The notes below the pieces were generated by a model. It made no database searches. It was not told the origin of the DNA and saw only the letters and a list, made by a program, of their open reading frames with translations. A program made the position numbers and the translations under genes. A stretch of DNA of 64,000 nt, taken from positions 17,413 through 81,412 of the IMG/VR virus record IMGVR_UViG_3300035208_006521; one strand, 5' to 3'. Source of the stretch: a virus. Its lineage: Duplodnaviria > Caudoviricetes. Below are positions 28,791 through 36,700 of the stretch, piece after piece. The stretch's first letter is position 1, and each line of letters opens with the position of its first letter.

Positions 28791-30467
28791 TTATTTATTC
28801 AACCATTCATTATCTATTTCTTGAACTTTATCCCTGGTTCTTTCTATATCTATCCACAACATCGGCAATACTGCTTTTGGATTTTTGACACAAAATTCAT
28901 CATTAAGTAATCTGCCTTGTCCTTTTTTTGCATATACTGTATCGTGCCCATTTGGAAGGTTATGATCGGAATATTTAACATTGCCCATGGCTGCTTTGCA
29001 TACAAACATTACTCCCCTGTCATCACTTCTGCCATAATCCCCTGCATATTGGATCGACTTAGAGCTTACATCCGTCAAATATATACCATCTCCCAACATT
29101 CTACCTGTTCTGGCTTTTCTTAATTCAAAACCCCCTTTTGCTATCTTTGATGCATTCTCGAAAGTTGTAGCATGGTATCCTATCTTCACATTACCTTTTT
29201 CTTTTTCTATTGACTTCCATTTTTCATAATAACCGGCTTCTTCTATCTTGTATATACCTTTTATTCTAAAACCAAATCCTCCATGCTGTGTCTTGTCAAA
29301 ACTATTTTTTAGATATTCGAGTACTCTCTGACATCTACCTCTATCAAGGCTTCTCAATGCTATTTTCTGGGAGTATTCTCTACCTTCCCTTGAAAGTTTC
29401 TTTCTTATTGCTTTCTGTGAAGCTTCAGACATACCCCCAATTCTTTTATCCATTATCATTTTTTCCATAACCGAATTTGTATATGAAGGTGATCTATTAG
29501 CCATAGTCATAATATCATAAACTTCTTTTGAGGTTAGTAATGGAGTTTGTTGTTTTTTTTCTTTGTTTGCTTTACTATAAAGTGTTGAATTTAATTTAAA
29601 AGTACTATACAGAGCGGCCAATTTGTTGGCCGCATCCTTATCCATATTTTTGCCTTTTTCTCTATTCTTCCTCCATTTCTTCGTAAAATTTCTAAATTCC
29701 CTTTCCGAGTTTAACGCCTCATTTCCCATTTCATTGGCCTTTCTTTGCCATTCTGCTTCTTCTGGAGTTGGGTTTTCTCTTATTAGTTTATGTTCATCTT
29801 TCGCTTTTTCCCTTTTTTCTGTCCATTCTTTATAAAGAATGTCATCACCTTTCATTCTTGCTTCATTCTGTTCTGCGGCCAATGTTTCTATTCTCTCATA
29901 AAATTCATCACCCCTTCGACTTGCATTTTTTTCATATTCACTTTTCTTTTCATAGACTTCTTTTAAATTTTCTGCACGCCCTGTAAAACCTCTTTTAAAA
30001 TCTTCATCTAAACCATCAAAAATATCAATTCTATCTTTATAATTTTTCAACCAACTATCAACAGCTCCCCATATAACCATAAAACTACTCATTTTTTTGA
30101 GATTGAATCTCTCAAAATCCAAAGAACATTCCCTAACCGCTCTTTTTATATATTTGGGGGCTTCCTGAGAAGGTTCAAATATATGCAATTGATCTGATAC
30201 ATATTCCTCGGCTTTTCTATCGAGACATTTTATACCCGTGGTTTCCATTATTTCTTTTGCTTTGGGCGAGAGTTCTTTTGTTGTCTTATCCATTGCTGGC
30301 TTAGTTGCAACGTTTGTTTGTATTGCTGTTATATCTTTGGTCACTTGCTTATCACCTTTGCCATGAAACTTCCAGCCATTGGCTGTCTTGATATAATCTC
30401 TGCCACTATATGTCTTTATTGTTCCAATTGGCACTGCTTTTGCTTTTAATAATATGGCCAATTTCAT
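28791..30467 (-). CDS. Cargo-leader protein with C-terminal PARP-like ADP-ribosyltransferase (H-Y-E)
   Basis: 558 aa. Contains GYHAT, GRMLGDGIYLTDVSSKSIQY, GVMFVCKAAMG, LLNDEFCV. Confidence 0.85.
   Translation of the reverse strand: MKLAILLKAKAVPIGTIKTYSGRDYIKTANGWKFHGKGDKQVTKDITAIQTNVATKPAMDKTTKELSPKAKEIMETTGIKCLDRKAEEYVSDQLHIFEPSQEAPKYIKRAVRECSLDFERFNLKKMSSFMVIWGAVDSWLKNYKDRIDIFDGLDEDFKRGFTGRAENLKEVYEKKSEYEKNASRRGDEFYERIETLAAEQNEARMKGDDILYKEWTEKREKAKDEHKLIRENPTPEEAEWQRKANEMGNEALNSEREFRNFTKKWRKNREKGKNMDKDAANKLAALYSTFKLNSTLYSKANKEKKQQTPLLTSKEVYDIMTMANRSPSYTNSVMEKMIMDKRIGGMSEASQKAIRKKLSREGREYSQKIALRSLDRGRCQRVLEYLKNSFDKTQHGGFGFRIKGIYKIEEAGYYEKWKSIEKEKGNVKIGYHATTFENASKIAKGGFELRKARTGRMLGDGIYLTDVSSKSIQYAGDYGRSDDRGVMFVCKAAMGNVKYSDHNLPNGHDTVYAKKGQGRLLNDEFCVKNPKAVLPMLWIDIERTRDKVQEIDNEWLNK
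30433..30456. repeat. 24-bp direct repeat copy 2
   Basis: Identical to 28080-28103. Confidence 0.9.
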
Positions 30468-30468
30468 T

Positions 30469-31146
30469 CTATAACTCCTTCAAATATTTTTCCGGGTAAT
30501 GATCTAGCGGATTGCCTACTATCTTCAACCATGGGAGCAATAATAATTCCCAACCAAAAGTTGCTCCTAGTCTTAATGTCTTGCTTATATGCATAAAACC
30601 CATCCATAATGTTGGGACTTTTGTTACCATGTCTTCTTTATATACAAATCTTCTGGAAATTATTCTTCTTCTCCTAAAATCTCTTACAAATGATCTATTA
30701 CCCACTCTTGGAGAACCAAAAGTGATACAGATCACTTCCTTGCCCCCTGCAGTTATCATGGAATAGAAATAAGCATGAAGAACCGCAAGGGCTGCCCCTA
30801 AACTATGGCCCGTAAAGATAACACTTTCTTTACCCCTTTTGATTATTTTTTCGAATACTTCTATTTTTGAAACTTGATACTGTCTAAAAAAACCTTCATG
30901 AACTTTTATCCTTTTTTCGGTTGTTCTTATCTTCTTGAAATTCAAATTATCATACCAATCAAGCTTGCCATGAGAGCCCTGGAAGACAACTACTGTATGT
31001 TTTCCGTAATCTCCTATCATGTATTCTGTGTGTCCTATTTTACAAACTTCAACATTTTCCATAACTTCTTTGACTTTTCCATGATGGCCGTTATAAGAAT
31101 TTACGCATGCCTGGCACATATTCCTTATTGTCATTGCTGTTAACAT
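30469..31146 (-). CDS. Class 3 lipase (alpha/beta hydrolase)
   Basis: 225 aa. Contains VVFQGS..DW, VHEGF, TGHSLG, TFGSPRVGN, DMVTKVP and C-terminal DHY. Confidence 0.9.
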   Translation of the reverse strand: MLTAMTIRNMCQACVNSYNGHHGKVKEVMENVEVCKIGHTEYMIGDYGKHTVVVFQGSHGKLDWYDNLNFKKIRTTEKRIKVHEGFFRQYQVSKIEVFEKIIKRGKESVIFTGHSLGAALAVLHAYFYSMITAGGKEVICITFGSPRVGNRSFVRDFRRRRIISRRFVYKEDMVTKVPTLWMGFMHISKTLRLGATFGWELLLLPWLKIVGNPLDHYPEKYLKEL

Positions 31147-31220
31147 AAGCTTTTTCTCCTTTTAAACTATAGTTTTTTACAATTTTACGTTGCACGTACC
31201 AATGCACGCCAGCTGTGTTT

Positions 31221-32180
31221 CTACATCTTTAATATCTTTATTAGCTTTGAAATTGTTGTTTTAGCATCAGAATGTTTTACACCAACACCCCCTGCATGCT
31301 CCCATTTTTTGAGATTTTTATCCATATCATCAATCAGTATATTCCCATTGCCTGCATATTTCTCTTTATTGTGATCTATTATAATTTCTATTCCTTTACC
31401 TATGTTTTTATGTATCCAGAATTTTTTATCTTCCTTATAATCTTTTACTTGGGCTGTTGATGTTAATATCTTCACTATATACCCTTTGTTCTTTAATTCT
31501 GCTAAATAACCCCATAACTTCAATGCATCTTTTTTTCTGGGCATACTACGCCACCAATGAGGTTTCGATTTTATTCTTGCAAAGATATCATCAGAGTTTT
31601 TATCATCATCAGGATGTATCCCAAAAGATGATATATAATGAGCATCAAAATCAGATAATACCCCATCACAATCACAATATATTTTCGGTTTAATTATATC
31701 CGATTTTATAAATAATCTCATACCCGACTTTTTTAACCTCTTCTCAAAATCTACACCTTTTACAACTACATCATGGATATATTTACCATCTTTTATAACT
31801 ATCTCTTCTTCCATATTTTCAAATTCATTATTTCTGTCTAGAGTATCTTCAAAGGATATACCTTCTTTGCCTATAGTTGCTGAAATAACCACTCCATCTT
31901 CTCCGGCAAAATCATCAGCTATTGAAAAATTAGTAGTCCAGCTTATACCTGGATTATTAACATCTATATCTGTATCTTTTGAACCTCTATATATTTTAAG
32001 TGGAAATTTTAAGTTATCCACAAAATCATTACCTGTATTTTTAAAACTTTCTGTTTCGTTGGAAGTTTTTGTTTTGGCATTATTTATTCTTCTCCACTTC
32101 CCTTCAGAAACTTTTTTATACTTGCCATGAATAGTTCCTACTGGTACTTTTCTTGCTTTTATCATGACTACTAGTTTCAT
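31221..32180 (-). CDS. Cargo-leader + ART-like domain + HAD 5'(3')-deoxyribonucleotidase fusion
   Basis: 319 aa. Contains IYRG...GISWT...EEEIVI, then YCDCDGVLSDF...ILT...ILIDD. Confidence 0.75.
   Translation of the reverse strand: MKLVVMIKARKVPVGTIHGKYKKVSEGKWRRINNAKTKTSNETESFKNTGNDFVDNLKFPLKIYRGSKDTDIDVNNPGISWTTNFSIADDFAGEDGVVISATIGKEGISFEDTLDRNNEFENMEEEIVIKDGKYIHDVVVKGVDFEKRLKKSGMRLFIKSDIIKPKIYCDCDGVLSDFDAHYISSFGIHPDDDKNSDDIFARIKSKPHWWRSMPRKKDALKLWGYLAELKNKGYIVKILTSTAQVKDYKEDKKFWIHKNIGKGIEIIIDHNKEKYAGNGNILIDDMDKNLKKWEHAGGVGVKHSDAKTTISKLIKILKM
31682..31707. repeat. 26-bp direct repeat copy 1 (TTTTCGGTTTAATTATATCCGATTTT), encodes KSDIIKPK
   Basis: Identical to 32870-32895. Confidence 0.92.
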
Positions 32181-32181
32181 A

Positions 32182-32382
32182 TTATGCTACCTTTAACTTT
32201 CTTCCATTTAATTTGCCTTCTTTCTTTGCTAATTTTTCCATTGCTATCAGCCAATCATAATAATCTGGAATCTCATCCAAATGGTCTTTAGCAATCAATT
32301 CAGCTTCAGCATCATCGCTTGTGTGTTCTCTTTCAATCTTTATACCAAGCTTTAATTGTCTGGGGTCGTATTTCTTTTCCAT
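32182..32382 (-). CDS. DUF5661-like small protein
   Basis: Contains QLKLGIKIEREHT...IAKDHLDEIPDYY. RBS before ATG 32382. Confidence 0.7.
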   Translation of the reverse strand: MEKKYDPRQLKLGIKIEREHTSDDAEAELIAKDHLDEIPDYYDWLIAMEKLAKKEGKLNGRKLKVA

Positions 32383-32401
32383 TTTTATTCTCCTATATAA
32401 A

Positions 32402-32918
32402 TTAAGCAAGAAATAATTCACTACCTTCACTTCTTGCCATTGGGTGCTTATTTGCTTCTGTTGTCTCTTCTATCTCTTTCATTTTGTCTTCTATTTCTTT
32501 CGAACTTCTTTTCTTAGTTTTATTTCCAAGCCACTTTTCTCTTTTTTCTTCAAGTTCTTCTTCTACTTTTGATGTATCTTTATCAGGCCTGCTATCCAAT
32601 CCATCTTTTAACCTTTTGCTCCTTTCAATTGGTGGCTGGTATGTACCTTTTATTATTCTTTCCAGACCTATGAACTCTCTGGGTAATTCACTAAACATAA
32701 ATTCTTCTTGTGTCTTTATTAAATCACCCATTCTCATTGCAATGGCTTTTTGTATTGCTACACCTCTACCTTTCTTTTCGCTTTCTATTGAGTTCAATAT
32801 CCTTGCCAATCCAGTTTCATCATGGGCTGCTATATCATCTATACTGCCAAGGATATTCATTTCTTTTTCTTTTCGGTTTAATTATATCCGATTTTCTTAA
32901 TCTAATTATTAACTTCAT
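32402..32918 (-). pseudogene. Leader MKLIIRLRKSDIIKPK joined out of frame to a 152-aa ORF (32402-32860) that resembles the helicase C-terminus
   Basis: ATG 32918 overlaps the upstream stop (TAATG). The leader frame stops at 32835. The +1 frame reads RKEKEMNILG...HDETGLARILNSIE. Confidence 0.6.
32870..32895. repeat. 26-bp direct repeat copy 2
   Basis: Identical to 31682-31707. Confidence 0.92.
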
Positions 32919-33367
32919 TATGCTGTCATTCTCTTATCTGGGTAATGTCTTTCCATCGTGCTTACGAATCTACTATAAACTGCCCTTGCCATTTGTTTGT
33001 CCGGCATGTTCAGATTTACTAACTTTTTAACATAATTATATGCGTCATCATGTGAAGCACCTGCCACTTTTTTCTTTCTGAAAACTTTAAACATTAAATC
33101 TTCATGGGCTGAATACTCTCTATCTACTGTTTTGTTTTCCCCTGTCTTACCTGTTACTCCTATTTCAGCCCCCTTTCTTTCAGGCTTTTCATCAGCCGAG
33201 CCTTTCTTGCTTCCAACGGGCTCTTTGTATATGTATTTGTTACCCTCCTTTCTTATATATTTAGCTTTTAGAAGACTTTCCCTTAAATCTTTTCTCATTG
33301 CTTTCTCAAGACTTTCAGTCCAGTTGATTCTTTCACATAATGCTTTTTCCAACTTATTCATATCCAA
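32918..33367 (-). CDS. Putative internal head protein
   Basis: 149 aa. Contains LEKA, LEKA, then LLKA-KYIRKEGNKYIYKE. Confidence 0.7.
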   Translation of the reverse strand: MDMNKLEKALCERINWTESLEKAMRKDLRESLLKAKYIRKEGNKYIYKEPVGSKKGSADEKPERKGAEIGVTGKTGENKTVDREYSAHEDLMFKVFRKKKVAGASHDDAYNYVKKLVNLNMPDKQMARAVYSRFVSTMERHYPDKRMTA

Positions 33368-33391
33368 TCTCCTTTTTTCATTTTTTGCTTC

Positions 33392-33691
33392 CTATTTTCT
33401 GACAACTAACTTCTTATATTCTTTAACGCCTTTTTTGTAAAGCTCTTTTTCTTCCGGGGCTATTTCTAATAAAAGTCCTTGTAATTCCCCAACATGCACT
33501 ACTTCTTCATCCGAAATAGACTTAAGTGTTTTCTTTGCCTTATCATTACTTATTGATTCAGCCAATTGCATGTATAGTTGTATAGCTTCATACTCCGCGG
33601 CTATTGCAAATCTTATTGCTCTTATTGTCTCTTCTTTTGTGAGCTTTCTATCTGCTTTCATACCTGAGAATGGGTTTTCAAATTTTGGCAT
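33392..33691 (-). CDS. Ferritin-like (rubrerythrin / encapsulin-cargo-type) protein
   Basis: 99 aa. Contains IRAIRFAIAAEYEAIQLY...ISDEEVVHVGE (ExxAxxxY / EExxH di-iron pattern). Confidence 0.8.
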   Translation of the reverse strand: MPKFENPFSGMKADRKLTKEETIRAIRFAIAAEYEAIQLYMQLAESISNDKAKKTLKSISDEEVVHVGELQGLLLEIAPEEKELYKKGVKEYKKLVVRK

Positions 33692-33703
33692 ATTATTTCT
33701 CCT

Positions 33704-36700
33704 TTATATCATTACTCTTTCTTTTAAATCTTCCGATCTTCCATCTATTTCTCTCATGTGTCTTTCCATACAATCAGGGCACATTCTACCAACCACACTC
33801 TGTGCATCATAATTTTCAAATCTCTCTGGAATATCATTCACCCATTTATCATCCTCCCTATATTTTTTGCATACTCTACATTGATATAATACTTCTCTTC
33901 CACTTTCAAGTTCTTTCTTCTTAATGTGTGGAGTTGTATCCAGATTATCTTCCAATTCCATTGCATTCTTTTTTGTTACATCTTTTGCTTTTTGAAATGG
34001 TGATTCCTTATATATTGATCTATCTTCCCAAATGGCTTTTTCCAGTGATTGTAATAATGATTCGGCTGCGGATATTTCATCAACTTTTCTACCCAATCTT
34101 TCCAGCGCTATTGTTAGTGCCTTTTTCATTGCTTTACCTGGTGCCCCTTTTTCCTTTTCTATTGAATTTAATATCCCGAGCAAACCTGTTTCATCATGCC
34201 CTTCTATTTCTCTTGGGTTACCTAGTATATCCATTTCCCTTTCCTTTCTATCTAGGATATCCCTTTTACTCATATCAAAGGGAGAATTACTTTCCAAAAC
34301 ATAAGTTGCTACATCCTTATTTTGACCCTTTCTAAATATTCTTTTATTCCTTTGGTCAAATGATGCAAAGGTGGGTGGAATATCATAATGAAATGTTACT
34401 GTACCCCCAAACTGAAGATTATGCCCAGCTTCTAGAGACTTGGTTCCTATTATGAATCTTACTTTTGATTCTGGGTTATTAAATTCAGCTTTTGCCGAGT
34501 CAGCTTCTTTTTTCGCTGTGTCGCCATTTATGGCTACAACACTACCTTTTCCATATTTGGCTTCCAGGGTTGTTTTAATCGTATCCATTGCTTTTCTACC
34601 CTGTAAATGTATGACCGCTTTTTCTCCTTTATGATCATTTTCCATTATATCAAGTATTTTCTGAGCTTTGGAATTATTTTGTGGGTCCCCATTATGGAGT
34701 ATTTGATAATTTCTCGCGTCTCTTCTACTTGCTGCCCCTATTTTTTCTCCTTCATTTGCCCTTTCCTGGGCATATTTGGCTTCCGATTCTTTATATGCTT
34801 TTCTTTGTGCTTTTGTTAAATCTACTTTTATCCTCTTTATGTTATTTTTCACCGGCAATTGAGTCCTCTGTGAATATACCCATTGACCTATTTCTCTCCT
34901 AAACGCGTCATTTGCACCTTCCTGCACTGCTGTTGTACCTTGATTTAATCCTTCATATCTTCTTTCAAAATCTTTCATACTACCGAGTGTATGATTTGGG
35001 TCCACAAAATCTATTTTCTTCCACAATTCCCTTTTTGAATTTTTTATGTTTGTTCCTGTCATTGCTATCTTATAAGGGATTATTTTACCCAATGATTGTA
35101 ATCCTTTCATTCTACCCGAGGATTCATCGCTTGCATAATTTGGATTTGTTAACTCATGAGCTTCATCTACTACCATCATATCAAAGCCAGCTTTTTCCAA
35201 TAGTTCTTTATCTGTTCTTAATTGGTCATGACCTATGATTATTATTCCATCTTTTTTATAATTTTGCTCTCTTTGTTTTGGTCCCTTATCATTTAAAGTC
35301 ACAAGTTTTTGTCTATCCGGTGTTAAAAACTTCTCCCTTTCCTGAAAGAATTGGCTTCTTAATTTTGCAGGTGTTACTACTAAACATTTTTTAGCCCCTT
35401 TATTATTCATTGCTTCCAGACAGGCTGCATATCCTAGTGGAGTTTTACCTATACCTGCTTCAAAATCTAATACTGCTTTACCCGTTTCTTTAAAGAATCT
35501 CAAACCAGCTTCCTGGGAAGCATCTAGCTTTATTTTACTTTGCATACCCTCTGGTTTATATCCATCATTCATTTTATGGGCTTTTATCTTTTCTATTATA
35601 TTTTCTTTCTCCCTCGCCTTGACATTTGTATTAAAGAATTTACCTAGACTATCTTTTGGTATTTCCATTACTATTCTTTTATCTTTAGTTTTCAAAGAAT
35701 AATCATCCCTACCAAGTCCCATTATTCTCGCTTTCTTTCTAGCTTCAAATAAATCATGACCCATATCTACCTGGACGGAATCTACCGGTCCTTCTTCCAA
35801 TGCATTTATTAAGTGAGCTGTTGCTCTTAAACTACCTACTGCTGAACCTAAATTCTTTTGGCCAGCTACGAGTTGTCTCAATGCATACCCATTAGCCGAA
35901 GCTTTAGAAAGTATTGCTTCTACGTCATCACTATCTTCGGCTAATTTTCTTATCTCATCCGCATTTGCAAATCTTTCCTCGGATTCTTTTAATGCTTTAT
36001 CAACTACCTTCATATTATTTTCTTTTGCAAATCTGTGAAGGGCTTCTTTCACTTCCTCTGTTCTACCATCAGCATGTATTTTAGCTGCCACTATCCTGGA
36101 ACAAGATTCTATTCCCATCGTTTGAATAACATCTTGATTAAATATTCCTTTTACCTTGAATATATCACCACCTACTCCATTTAGTGTTGCTAAACCACCT
36201 TCATCTATATGCTTTTGGGCTGCTAATCCTTGTGCATTCAACTTCTCATACAATTGCACGTTCTTTTGTGTTTCAACGTGTTGCTTTACTTCTTTAACTA
36301 TATCATCATCAATGCTACTTGAATCTTCCGCAAATGTTGTACCTATTTTAATCTCTGGTTCTTCTCCAATTCTACCCCTGGTAATATCTTTTAACTTTTG
36401 ACGAAATTCTCTCCTTGCTTTTAATATTTCTTTTGCCTTTTCCACGTTCAAAAGGTCCTGCATATTTTGTTTCTTATCTGGTGGTATTTCATCTCCAAAA
36501 TAATCTGTTGCTAGTGCGTTTAATGCCCTTGATTCTAATTGCTTTATCTTTTTTTCTTCCATTCTTACCCTGGCGGCTTCTTCTTCTTTTTTATATTCTT
36601 CGGGTTTTTCTTCCATCAACTTGGCTATTTTTTCTTCACCTACTTTATTCTTTTTGGCCATTCTTTTCTTCGCAACTTCACTTATCTCTTCCAGGTCTTT

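Noticed and set aside
24454-33367. CRISPR or mini-array interpretation of the 24- and 26-bp repeats
   Set aside because: Each has only two copies, they are kilobases apart, and both lie in coding sequence with no regular spacers.
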